DNA of 63,053 nucleotides, filler included, from Octopus bimaculoides (lineage: Eukaryota): assembly GCF_001194135.2 (NCBI RefSeq). It is 4 parts of 3 records of this genome, joined end to end, with 100 filler letters (N's around TTAATTAATTAA, not from the genome) between each part and the next. Parts side by side here need not be neighbours in the genome. Positions count along the whole stretch, not along the records: positions 42,254 to 61,781 come from NC_068987.1; positions 61,882 to 63,053 come from NC_069000.1; 2 more parts are not named here. One strand, given 5' to 3'. The notes beneath the pieces were generated by a model. That model searched no databases and was not told the DNA's origin. It was given only the letters and a program-made list of their open reading frames with translations. The position numbers were made by a program, and so were the translations under genes. Shown piece by piece: positions 50,590 through 62,803 of this stretch (positions are counted from its first letter, which is position 1; the number at the start of each line of letters is the position of its first letter).

Positions 50590-50746
50590 CAACATCGAAA
50601 AATACCTTGGGAATGAAAACCCAGGTTCGAAATTTCCCCAAGATATCTGAAGAAGACTGGAGAGTATATCAGCCGAAACGTTGTGTTAACAACAAACAAG
50701 ATGAGGACAAATATCCGTCGAATGTAAATAACGTAAATAATGTATA
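50420..50746 (+). mobile_element. tRNA-headed SINE with hammerhead-like tail (right arm)
   Basis: TAGTGGTTACGGGCGCGGGCTACTAACCTCAAGATTCCGAGTTCGATTTC-(AAC/AAT)n-tail containing GATAT-CTGAAGA-A-GACTG/CAGCC-GAAAC-GTT-GTGTT at 50642-50687. Confidence 0.85.
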
Positions 50747-51774
50747 CTGTCAATTAGTTAAACGATTCCTATAGGGACTAATTAAACCCCAATAAAATTT
50801 ATTCGAAGATAAATTCTTGGAGTCCTATGCAGAAATAATGCACACGATTCTCAGACCATAGCAAACGAGTCTAGATACCAGATTTTTATAAATGGTTTAG
50901 TTACTGGAAGACTCATAGCGATCAGGACCTTTCAAGTAGTCGAAAAAGAAGTATCTTTGACAACTGAAACTTGAATTAGAATACCTGCAATGGTGTGGAA
51001 TTCTACTAAAGGTATCCAAGAGGCCAGATGGTGGAGTATCAAATCGGGTAAGAAGCAACAGATTAAGTTTACCATCAAGTAACAAGAACTATCTACCCAA
51101 CAGGTTTCTTTATATTTTCAGTCGATCAGATTTAATTACAATGATTTTGGTCAATTTAAGGAGGTGATATTAGATGGTACTTACCCAAAGTACCACGTAC
51201 TGAGATTGATCCCGAAACAGAATAACTACAAAGCGAATATCTTACACAGAGCTACGCCTAAAAAATAAATAATTTATACAACTCTTCCAAGGCTTGAATT
51301 GAACTTTTGTATTCACAGAGCAAAATTTTTCTCTAGTGACGCGGCAGTTATTCTTCATGGTTAGATTGATTGAGGCATGAAGAAGAAAATGTCCTGCGCA
51401 GAGATATATGAAAATGTCTGGTTGCAGATTAAAAATTATTGACTCCACTAAGCTGGTAAATCAATACCTTAGCCACTCAACTATTTAAGCGAACCAGGAA
51501 CATACATATTAGCTTTGATTCATAAATATTAGTACACATTTATACACACATCATACGTACATACATATTCATTCACACACACATGCACAGCAAGACAGTC
51601 AGACAGACAGACCCCCCCCCCCCACACACACAGAGCACAGAAATACAATATCTCATTCCGAGAATCATGCATCATTTTATTCACACACATTCACAAATAC
51701 ACAAAGACATATTTCCAGATTCATGCAACACTCTTTGTCTTCTGTTTATCTGCTTTTTCTTCTTTCACCCCCTT

Positions 51775-51948
51775 CTCTCTCTCCCCGTCTCTCTTTCACT
51801 CTCTCTACTCTCTCCTCTCTCTTTCCTCTCTCTCTCCCCGTCTCTCTTTCACTCTCTCTACTCTCTCCCCTCTCTTTCCTCTCTCTCTCTCCCCGTCTCT
51901 CTTTCACTCTCTCTACTCTCTCCCCTCTCTTTCCTCTCTCTCTCTCTT
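51775..51948. repeat. CT-rich minisatellite, about 54-bp unit x3
   Basis: CCCCGTCTCTCTTTCACTCTCTCTACTC recurs at about 51783, 51836 and 51891. Confidence 0.9.
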
Positions 51949-52260
51949 ACACAAACACACACACACACAGACATACACACACATGCACACGCGCCTACAC
52001 GCACAGGCACGTGCTCAGAGATATGCTTAGTTATACACGAAGCATACACGTGTATATGAGCAAGTAGAGGCGCACAAGAAAATGTGCGCACGTGTGCAGT
52101 GTTTCCTTCTTCCGTCAATGACACGAGGCAAATGGCCTCTGGTCCTCGTGATCAGCCATTAAAATTTTGCTAGCTTGATCATTTCGTTTGGTGTATATTG
52201 TTTGTGTTCACTAGCAATGGTTTGTCTGCTCGCTAGTGACTTCTGTTAGAATGTGTGATG

Positions 52261-52345
<85 letters not shown>

Positions 52346-52775
52346 AGAGTAAGTTAAGTGTGTATGAGTGTGTGTGTATGTGTATGTGAATGAGTGAATG
52401 TATGTGAGCGTATGTGTGAGTGAGTGTGTGTGTGTGCGTGTGTGAATGAACGATGCTTGCTTAGTGCTGGATTAGTTGGCAGCGAAAGGAAATTCAGTCA
52501 AACGCTGGCCAAACGCATTTCCTTTGACCTATTGACTCAGCATTAGTAAACGACACACGACTTAACAGCACGCAATTGGTTCCAGGAGATTCAGCTTACA
52601 CCTTCATTAGATGGTTTGGCAGCTTTTGCATCTAGACTATAGAGGCATAACGGATAATAAAGTCTTCTCTTTCTCATTTTCTTTCATATCCCTTCAGCGT
52701 GCTCTCTGTCCCTCTATAATTTTATCAACATACAAATTACACCGCAATATACACGTACAGACATAACCATTTTCA

Positions 52776-52822
<47 letters not shown>

Positions 52823-52964
52823 AGATAATACTCGAACACACATGCATATGTATGTATGTAAGTATATCTGTCTGTCAGTCTGTCTGTCTATCTATCTATC
52901 TATCTGTCTATCGATCTGAATGTCAGTCGGTCTATCTATTTTTACAGATATATATATATATATA

Positions 52965-52997
<33 letters not shown>

Positions 52998-53336
52998 ATG
53001 TGTTTNNNNNNNNNNNNNNNNNNNNNNNNNNNNNNNNNNNNNNNNNNNNNNNNNNNNNNNNNNNNNNNNNNNNNNNNNNNNNNNNNNNNNNNNNNNNNNN
53101 NNNNNNNNNNNNNNNNNNNNNNNNNNNNNNNNNNNNNNNNNNNNNNNNNNNNNNNNNNNNNNNNNNNNNNNNNNNNNNNNNNNNNNNNNNNNNNNNNNNN
53201 NNNNNNNNNNNNNNNNNNNNNNNNNNNNNNNNNNNNNNNNNNNNNNNNNNNNNNNNNNNNNNNNNNNNNNNNNNNNNNNNNNNNNNNNNNNNNNNNNTGC
53301 GTGTGTGAGTGTGCGTGTGTGAGTGTGCGTGTGTGA

Positions 53337-53386
<50 letters not shown>

Positions 53387-53418
53387 CTGCATATATGTGT
53401 ACATCGCTGATCTCGTAT

Positions 53419-53852
53419 AGAGAAAAACAACCTGTTTTAAATCTCTGAGTGAGAGATATACAGTAACAGTATGAAATAGTAATGTTTATATGCCAACAGA
53501 ACGTGGCAGTCCTGTAAAGGGCCATGTTACTGTTGTTATAGCCCCAGAAAAACATATTTTTCAGCTGGCTATCGACACACAATTTGTGTTTGTATAGTAT
53601 TCGCAAGGGAGGTCATCGCTCCCATCTCTAGCCTTACGTGATACTCACAGACCCGGGTTTCTGGGTGATAAACTGTCCTCAGTGTAACATAATCACAGGC
53701 TAGTGACAAAAGCTTTCTCCACTTGCAAATGCTATGTATTTTTAAGCGAAATCGTATATAGGACTGCCATGTTCTGCTGGCATATAAACATTACTATTTC
53801 GTACTGTTTCTGTATATCTCACATTCATAGATTTAAAACAAGTTGTTTCTCT
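53419..53852. mobile_element. MITE-like foldback with about 97-bp inverted arms
   Basis: 53419-53516 is the reverse complement (with scattered mismatches) of 53757-53852. The interior contains a repeat shared with 62045-62215. Confidence 0.8.
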
Positions 53853-53893
53853 CTCTCTTTCTCTCTCTCTCTGTCTCTCTCTCTCTCTCTGTC

Positions 53894-53996
<103 letters not shown>

Positions 53997-54321
53997 GTAT
54001 ATATATATATACACACACACACATATGTATATATATATNNNNNNNNNNNNNNNNNNNNNNNNNNNNNNNNNNNNNNNNNNNNNNNNNNNNNNNNNNNNNN
54101 NNNNNNNNNNNNNNNNNNNNNNNNNNNNNNNNNNNNNNNNNNNNNNNNNNNNNNNNNNNNNNNNNNNNNNNNNNNNNNNNNNNNNNNNNNNNNNNNNNNN
54201 NNNNNNNNNNNNNNNNNNNNNNNNNNNNNNNNNNNNNNNNNNNNNNNNNNNNNNNNNNNNNNNNNNNNNNNNNNNNNNNNNNNNNNNNNNNNNNNNNNNN
54301 NNNNNNNNNNNNNNNNNNNNN

Positions 54322-54368
<47 letters not shown>

Positions 54369-54393
54369 ATATATATATATATATATGCATATA

Positions 54394-55578
54394 CAGAGTG
54401 CGAGGAATAAATTATCACCATGTTATATTTTTCATTTCACGCATGCGCATCGTTTGATTTTTATTTTGTCTGCTACACAGTAGAGTGGGGTCATCTGTTA
54501 GATAACCAGCATCATGACAGAGTTCACTCTGCCAGAGATTTGGAAACGAGATGCTGTACTGCTTGGCATTCGTGGCGGAAGATCCAAAACGAACATTCTG
54601 AGTATGAAGGTACGGCAACTTGGAAAACTCACTCTGATCGTTCTGATAAGAACTCTTAAATTTGTTAGTGAGATCCAGACCATGATTGATAACGATCCCT
54701 TCAAGTTAATCAGGTCCATCACCAGGGACATGGGGGTGTCGGAGTTTCTAATCAGGCAGGTAATGCAGGAAAACATTCGGTATTCCTCATACGAGATGAG
54801 AAAGGGTCAATTTTTTAAATTCCAAGTCATCAAGGACAATTAGAAAGACCGCGCTATGAAGCTTTTGAACAAACTCAAGCATCCCCTCCGACCGAACACG
54901 CTTTGGTTTTACTCAGGCGAGAAAAATTTCTGCCAGGATCAGATGGTGAATACATAGAAAAGCAGTTGGCATGCGATGTCCTCAAAACGCGTACCGAGAG
55001 TGATAAAATTGAAACAGTCAGTTAACATCATGGTGTTTGGAGTGATCACTAGTGATGGTGACGTTATGCCTCCATTCATCTTCCCACACAACCTCTCACT
55101 GAGGACGGAAGCTTACATCACTTGCCTGGAGGAGATAGTGCTGCTTTGGGTCAAGATGATGGCTGTTGCAAGGTCCGATGTCTGGCAACAGGACTCTGCA
55201 CCCTGCCACACAAACAGGAGAACCGAGTCATATCTGTCAAACAATTTCTGCGACAACATCACCCATAACATCTAGCCACCTAACTCCCAAGACTGCAACC
55301 CCCTTGATTATTGTGTGTGGGGCCCAGTTGAGCGAGAGACCAATAAAACTCCTTGTAACACCAAAGATGGACTGAAGGATTATGGCAGCATTCACAAATT
55401 TAAAGAAGATGAGCGTACAGAAGAGTTGCAGGAGATTCCGAAGTGGTCTGAAGTCCGTGGCTGAAACCAATGGCGATTTTATTGAATAAATTTACTATTT
55501 AGTATTTCAAGATATTTTCATGTAGTCAGTGTTATTTTCATTTTTGCGTAATTTAGACAATTAATTCACCTTACTCTG
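54394..55578 (+). mobile_element. maT/DD37D (Tc1/mariner superfamily) element with degraded transposase
   Basis: TA|CAGAGT...ACTCTG|TA ends. Motifs are WFYSGEK, IMVFGVITSDG, WQQDSAPCH and PPNSQDCNPLDY, with 37 residues between QQD and PLD. Stops and frameshifts are present. Confidence 0.85.
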
Positions 55579-55663
55579 TATATATAAATTATATGCTCAC
55601 ATTTACCTTCGTCTTAACATTTATAACACATCAATGCAGACTGATACGATTTTACGCGAGTTG

Positions 55664-55707
<44 letters not shown>

Positions 55708-55708
55708 A

Positions 55709-55745
<37 letters not shown>

Positions 55746-55825
55746 GTCTATCTATATTGATAGAAATGGTAAGACAACAAAAGAATGAAGGAGGCCTCGA
55801 TATTATGTAAATAGAGGAATCTATC

Positions 55826-56061
55826 TGTAAATATAATATGTGACAATTATTAGGTAGCCATGATAAAACTCCGAGTTTCGGATGTCGGGCGTAAATCCAC
55901 GCCGGCATCTCTTCAGTTATCGGGCCATCCAAAAAAAAAAAAAAATTCTATGAAAATGACCGTTAAACAAAGGGGAGATGCCGGCGTGCGTTTCCGCCCC
56001 GACATCCGAAACACGGAGTTTTATCATGGCTACCGAATAACTGTCACATATTATATTTACA
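55826..56061. mobile_element. 236-bp MITE-like palindrome with about 86-bp arms
   Basis: TGTAAATATAATATGTGACAATTATTAGGTAGCCATGATAAAACTCCG...GCCGGCATCTC pairs with GAGATGCCGGC...CGGAGTTTTATCATGGCTACCGAATAACTGTCACATATTATATTTACA. No clear TSD. Confidence 0.85.
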
Positions 56062-56299
56062 CCCCCCACACCCACCCACACACATATATATATATATATA
56101 TATATAAACTAATCGATTTGCAATTTTCCATGTTTTCCAGACAAGATGTCCGGCCATACTGACACCAGCTTTTCTAAGAATCAGTGAAAAGCCCTTTGAG
56201 ATATTTAGCTAGAAAAAGACAAGCTGAAATCGTTTTGTGCCAGCCTCACCATATCTTCCCGACTAAGCAATGTTGAGAGAGCTAAGAACATCCAAACCT

Positions 56300-57200
56300 T
56301 CAGCGATGATACCAACATTCATTCTCTGACTTCCATCTTTAAAGTCTTTTCAAGAACCGTAAAAAGTATTGTGAATAAGTTTGAGAAAGAAGGAACAGTG
56401 GAGGGGAAAACTGGATCAGGAGGTTATATTCGCAAAGGGATCGTCATTTCAATCTGGAGCTGAAAAGATCAATCTGAAGAGATCCAACTCAATCCATAAG
56501 ACGCTTGGAGTCTCAGCAATGAAAGTTCAAAGAGCGGTGACAGAAGACTTGTAAATGAAATCGTACGTGAGACCTGTGAGGCACCTTGTAACTCCAGGAC
56601 AAAATGTTAGAAGATTGGAGAGGGCAAAGATCATCTTGAACAAAATGAGACATAAGCCTGGAGTGATATTTTACACCGATAAGAATTTCACTCAATATAA
56701 GCACACAAACAGAATCAACAATCAAGTTCTGGCTTCAGATACTGACAGGGGACAAAAATGACATTTTCAGGTGGAACAAAAAAAAACCCTACCAATGTGA
56801 TGATTTTCGCCTGCATGGCCTCTGATGGTAAGAAGATGTTATTGATCATGGTTGAGAAAGCTGAGAGACTGACAGGAATTTGCTATGTTCAGGTTTAGAA
56901 AGACGTAAAGACCTGGATTCTTTCCGAATATTTCGAGGCAAGAGACGAGGGCAACCCAAATAAGATCGTTACGGACTTCAAGTTTAAATTCCAGCAAGAC
57001 GAAGCTCCTTGTGACACAGGTGCAGTAGATGAATTTGGAGACAGGGTTTGGGATAAGGACACTTGGTCTCTTTCATCACCTGATTTGAACTCTATAGACT
57101 TAAGTATCTGGAATGAACTAGACTGAAAAGCTCGTGAGAAGCCCCACAGTAACCGGCAAGCCCTCAAAACCTCCTAATAAAACTGTAAGCGTCCTTTCGA
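56300..57200 (+). pseudogene. Second maT/DD37D-like transposase relic
   Basis: VNKFEKEGTVEGKTGSGG, MKSYVRPVRHLVT..Q...RLERAK.ILN, VMIFACMASDGKKM, FQQDEAPC and SSPDLNSID. Confidence 0.7.
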
Positions 57201-57655
57201 ACTTTATTCCAATCCTGCATGAGATCCCAATCATGCGCTATGGTTAATTATTTCTGAAAATATTATTTTAGTCTATGATTTACTTCATCACGATTATTCT
57301 AGTGATGGCAGAGAGTAATCAATGTTATTCTTGCTCAAAATAGAGTCCAATAGGGTTAGAAAAACGTCTCATAATTCCATTAACTTATCTTTAAGAATTA
57401 CTGAGATACAAATGTTCGAAGTTGAATCTAAAGTTTCGACAATTTTGCTGGTACCCAGTATATATCTACACACACACGCGCGCGTGCACACATTTTTCTT
57501 TTCTTTTTTCTTTTACTTCTTTCAGACATTAGACTTCAGCCATGCTGGAGCATCGTCTTCAGTCGAACAAATCGACCCCTGGACTTATTCTTTGGAAGTC
57601 TAGTACTTATTGTATCGGTCTGTTTTGCGAAACCGCCAACTTACGAGGACGTAAT

Positions 57656-58444
57656 GCTCTTCCATTTATCTGGTAGACGTGCAAGGCCCACTTCCGAAAT
57701 TCACTTGTCCGTGAGGAAAAATTCTCCTCCAGTACTATTCTGACCTCATTTGCATCATGTTTTTTCTGTCCAAATGATTTTGAAGACTGCAGAATAAATA
57801 ATAATCAGATAGGGTAATGTGCAGCGAATATGGAGTGTGAGACATCGTTTTCCATTGAAACTGCTCCGGCCTTTGAAATGTTATCCTCGTTTACGTGGCC
57901 GAGCTTTAAGTTGATGGAAGAACAGCTTTCGTCTTGCAACCAAAGATGCATGTTTTTCTTCTAGCGCAAGTGTCGATAAGGAACTAGCTTCTGAGCTAGT
58001 TTCTGAACAATTAGGATAGGATGTGTTCCACCAGGATTTGCAGGACGTTCCCGTTGAGCTCTACAATTCTTCCAGGACGTGGTTCGTCTTCTAGGCTGTA
58101 GTTTTCGGCGCGGAATTTCTGGAACCACTATTGACCCTGGCTTACGCTTACTGTCCGATCCGCATATACTGCATTAATATTCCTTGCACTTTCCGTTGCG
58201 TTGTTGCCTTTTTTGAACACATAAAGCAAAATATGCCGAATATGTTCCTTTGCGACTTCTATTATAGCTTTGAAAAATAACTGTTAAAATCGAATTACAC
58301 TCTTCAAAACTTGCACTAAGAATAACGACAAGGTAAAATTAATATCTGCTGCTTAAGCAAGATGATGCAGGTTGTTTATCCCGTACCACTCCGACTTTTA
58401 GTTCATACAATTGAAAAAACCGCATTACTTATGGGATGACCCAA
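57656..58444 (-). mobile_element. Mariner element with internally deleted transposase
   Basis: 5' TIR TA|TTGGGTCATCCCATAAGTAATGC. Translation gives EHIRHILLYVFKKGNNATESARNINAVY...WFQKFRAENYSLEDEPRPGR and C-terminal GLARLPDKWK. Confidence 0.85.
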
Positions 58445-59669
58445 TACACACACNNNNNNNNNNNNNNNNNNNNNNNNNNNNNNNNNNNNNNNNNNNNNNN
58501 NNNNNNNNNNNNNNNNNNNNNNNNNNNNNNNNNNNNNNNNNNNNNNNNNNNNNNNNNNNNNNNNNNNNNNNNNNNNNNNNNNNNNNNNNNNNNNNNNNNN
58601 NNNNNNNNNNNNNNNNNNNNNNNNNNNNNNNNNNNNNNNNNNNNNNNNNNNNNNNNNNNNNNNNNNNNNNNNNNNNNNNNNNNNNNNNNNNNNNNNNNNN
58701 NNNNNNNNNNNNNNNNNNNNNNNNNNNNNNNNNNNNNNNNNNNNNNNNNNNNNNNNNNNNNNNNNNNNNNNNNNNNNNNNNNNNNNNNNNNNNNNNNNNN
58801 NNNNNNNNNNNNNNNNNNNNNNNNNNNNNNNNNNNNNNNNNNNNNNNNNNNNNNNNNNNNNNNNNNNNNNNNNNNNNNNNNNNNNNNNNNNNNNNNNNNN
58901 NNNNNNNNNNNNNNNNNNNNNNNNNNNNNNNNNNNNNNNNNNNNNNNNNNNNNNNNNNNNNNNNNNNNNNNNNNNNNNNNNNNNNNNNNNNNNNNNNNNN
59001 NNNNNNNNNNNNNNNATATATATATATATATATATAGGTTATCGTTAAAATTAAAGTTTTGACAGGATATATTAAAATGTAGTATCCAAACCCTGTTATG
59101 AGCATGTTCCTAGTAGTATGACTTCAGAGCACGTTCACTTCACACGGCTATCTGGCATCATCCGCGGTACTGTACTTTAGTTGCTGGATCTATATATACA
59201 TACAGAATAAGAATGCGCATCATAATTATTAAGATATAACCTACTTGGAAAAGAATGCGTGACGTTCGATGCACTCTCTTATTTTATCTCTTTTCTGTCT
59301 ATCTATATCCCTCTCTTGTATTCTTCCTTGGTGTTTTTCTCTCCCACCCTTTCCCTATTCTTCTCCTCTACCCTTCACCATTCCCTCTCTCTCTTACTCT
59401 TCCTCTTGACTCGTTGCTCACACGTAACCAACGACATTTCTCTCTTTCTTCCACTTCTTTCCCAAAGACAAGACGTACTTTTATCTGTTTCTTCTCAAAG
59501 CTCGTTTTTCCAGCGTTCACCAATTCACATCGTCTTTGCTTAATAGCACTCACCGTTTGTTTTTACTGTTTTTCTCTTACTGTCCTATTTTTGTTACCAC
59601 TTTCACCTTCCGCAAAAAACCCCAAAATTTTATTTAATTTGCTTTGCGGCAAGAACTGTTTTAACGAAG

Positions 59670-59734
59670 TCGTGTATTATCCTTTACCTTCGAAACGCGG
59701 AGTAGATAAAACAGGGGACAACTGATGACGGGAA
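59670..59734 (+). ncRNA. Candidate non-circularly permuted hammerhead ribozyme (family C)
   Basis: TCGTGT-A-TTATCCTTT-A-CCTTC-GAA-ACGCGG-12 nt-AGGGGACAA-CTGATGA-C-GGGAA. P3 has 6 bp (2 G-U), P1 pairs at 8 of 9 positions, and P2 has 3 bp. Confidence 0.6.
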
Positions 59735-59946
59735 TGTTCTTTATGTTGCATATCTCGTTTCTCTATTTTTTTCGTTGTTCAAAAAAAGTTCGTTTTCTAT
59801 GCTTTTGTTTTTGTCTTCTCGTTTCTCATTTTGTCTACGTTTTTCGATGTCCTGTACCCATATATGCATGTATATATACATATATTTGTAGATAATAAAA
59901 CTTACAGGCAAGACTAGTGAAAATTACAGAAATAAATACAAAGATT

Positions 59947-60013
59947 ATCCGTAGACAACGTTTCGAAATTAATATTTCCTTACTGAAGATATCTGTTTCT
60001 CTTCAGTACGGAC
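59947..60013 (-). ncRNA. Canonical minimal type I hammerhead ribozyme (GUC)
   Basis: Minus strand: GTCCGTA-CTGAAGA-GAAA...TTTC-GAAA-C-GTT-G-TC-TACGGAT. P1 has 7 bp, P2 has 4 bp, and P3 has 2 bp with the AACGTT palindrome. Predicted cut is between 59954 and 59953. Confidence 0.75.
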
Positions 60014-60167
60014 TGCCAAAGAAATATAATTTCCAGAATCATGTACTAGTTGTTCCCAACGAGTGAAGAACATGCACATGGTTCTATTAATTATATAGAG
60101 TAAGATTCAAACGTCTTTGTTTTGGCGCGCTAAATCCGGAAATATCTCTGCAGAAAATAATTTCCGC

Positions 60168-60436
60168 ATAAGGTGTGAAGGGTGCCACAAAGACTACATA
60201 GGGCAAACTAGTCTACCCTCAGAGATAGGATGACAGTCCACCGCCAACAATTGAGGGACCCCACTACAAAACAGATACCACTTAGTGGCCAATTGGATCT
60301 CTGTACACAAAAAAGTCCCCCAAATTCCTAGTTTTTTCCACTGTACCAATGCCCAGACAACACCACTGACCAAACACGTATAAATTATGAAAATATACTT
60401 ATTCAAAAATACAGACCACAATTCAACATACTTTAA
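60168..60436 (+). pseudogene. Penelope-like element GIY-YIG endonuclease remnant
   Basis: IRCEGCHKDYIGQTSL / LRDRMTVHRQQLRD...IPLSGQLDLC / ...RINYENILIQKYRPQFN*. It has two frameshifts. Confidence 0.85.
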
Positions 60437-61736
60437 CATACCCCTCAGGTACGCATACCCAACAAACACTCACAGAAATACAATGCAAACCTTCTGCACA
60501 AACACACACACACATACAAATACACACACGCACAAACAAACACACACACATACAAATACACACGCACAAACACAATATCCCTACGCTCGAGCACAAGCCC
60601 ATACACATTCCAAGAAAAAACACATACATATATACACATGCAATATGATTCTAGTAATCTTAACCAACACTCACAGACACACACACGCGCATACACACAT
60701 ACATAAACACGTACATGTACACACCTACAAACACCACCCTGACAATTACAAGACACACTCACACAAACACGCCCACACATACACAGATACACACAGAAAC
60801 ACGGAAATACAACACAACCCCCTACACACGCATATATACACACATATGTATACACACACACAAACACAATATACCCGCTCCTCAGTAAAAAATCACACAC
60901 ACACACACACACAAAGAAAATACATAAACATATATACACGCAGTACAATCCCAACAATCACAACACTCACAGACACACACATACACACACACACAAACGC
61001 ACACACACAATAACACACATCACCCTGACAAATACAAGACACATAGACACAACCACAGAAACACACCCACACATATACACACACATTGCACAAACAATAC
61101 AAACAAAGCAATCACAATAATACACTCGAACCACACAGAATAATAACATACACACTTGCACTCACACGTACATACACACACACACACTTCGCCACAACAA
61201 ATATAGCACACACACATGTGCACACACACACCCGAAAACTACATAGAATACACCCACATATATACACACATACAAACGCATACTCAGTACAAACATGCAC
61301 AGCACGTACACACTCACACATACACACCATACGGATAAACGTAACACACGGACACACCCAACACACTCACACATACACACATACATATGCACCCTCACAC
61401 ACACATACAGTTGCACACAAACACTCACACACACACACACACCACCCGGGCAATTATAACAACACAAACATACTCAGACAGAGGCACAAACATACACACA
61501 CACATACACACACACAGACGCAAGCATACACACACGCGAACGAACACATACACACGCATGCGCACATACAGAACCCTGACAAATACAACTCACACACATA
61601 CACACACACACACACTAGCGTTCACACATATACACGTACCATCCTGCTAAATATGAAACACACACATACACAGATCCATACACACGCCACACTGAACTCT
61701 AAAACCAATCAAAAACAACCCTCACACACAAAGACA

Positions 61737-61781
<45 letters not shown>
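60437..61781. repeat. CA-rich low-complexity tract with a degenerate ~290-bp higher-order periodicity
   Basis: Anchors recur at 60572/60866 (CACAATAT.CC..CGCTC) and at 60733/61019/61571 (CCCTGACAA.TACAA). Confidence 0.7.
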
Positions 61782-61881
61782 NNNNNNNNNNNNNNNNNNN
61801 NNNNNNNNNNNNNNNNNNNNNNNNNTTAATTAATTAANNNNNNNNNNNNNNNNNNNNNNNNNNNNNNNNNNNNNNNNNNNN
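61782..61881. other. Artificial scaffold-join linker
   Basis: 44 N + TTAATTAATTAA + 44 N. Confidence 0.95.
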
Positions 61882-62044
61882 GCGCTCGACAGCCGATGAC
61901 CTTGGTGAGAGAGAAAAACCTGGCAATTCTTATATCTTCTTTTCCAGTGGCATTCTTCACTGATATTGAAAAGGTGAAAACAAGTAATGTTAATTCTCTA
62001 AATGAAGTATTAACAGTAACTGCACGATAAAGTGTAGTATATTG

Positions 62045-62215
62045 CCACTTAAGTGTGGCTGACCCCTAGGGGTGGATGTTACTGTTGCTTTTAGCCCCAG
62101 GAGGACATCTCCTCCAGCTGGCTTATCGACACACGACTGTGTCCTGTTTGCCAAGGGAGTTATCCCTCTCACCACGGCCAGCAGCACGAACGTATCCGGA
62201 TTTCAGGGTTATTTC
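62045..62215 (+). repeat. Dispersed repeat shared with 53517-53690
   Basis: ATGTTACTGTTG.T.TAGCCCCAG...CAGCTGGCT.ATCGACACAC...CAAGGGAG. Confidence 0.75.
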
Positions 62216-62387
62216 CCATATATATATGTACAAACATACATACACATATATATACATAAATACATATACATATATATACCTATATATATATATACACACA
62301 CACATATATATACATATATGGCACCTCACACCTACTCTGAAGATGGTGAAGGATTTGCACGCATCTTTTCCCAGGCAAACTCAAGCA

Positions 62388-62744
62388 ATTATTCAAGCTA
62401 AGGGTAGCCACACGAAATATTAAAAATGTACAGTAACTTTTCGAAATGAACATAATGTAATAAATCTTCATTATAGACATTTTTCTGTTTTTAAAACTGT
62501 ATCTTGATTGGTTTATGTGAGGTGGGCCGAAAACTTTTGCACGGCCATTTTTGGTGGTCGTCTCTCATCTTTCCCTCTCATTCAGAACCCCTACTACAGA
62601 ATATAATGATTGAGCATGGAAAGGATTCCAACAGAGCAATGTTCCTTCTGTAAAAAAACAAAATGCGAAACATCCACTCGTAAGTTGGCAATTAGTAGAA
62701 ATTTACAATAGTTTCAAGTAGTCGAAGACTTTTGCACGGAACTG
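62388..62744. mobile_element. Tc1-like terminal fragment with repeated subterminal motif
   Basis: Ends GTCGAAGACTTTTGCACGGAACTG|TA. An internal copy CCGAAAACTTTTGCACGG at about 62527 is IR/DR-like. Confidence 0.6.
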
Positions 62745-62748
62745 TATA

Positions 62749-62803
<55 letters not shown>

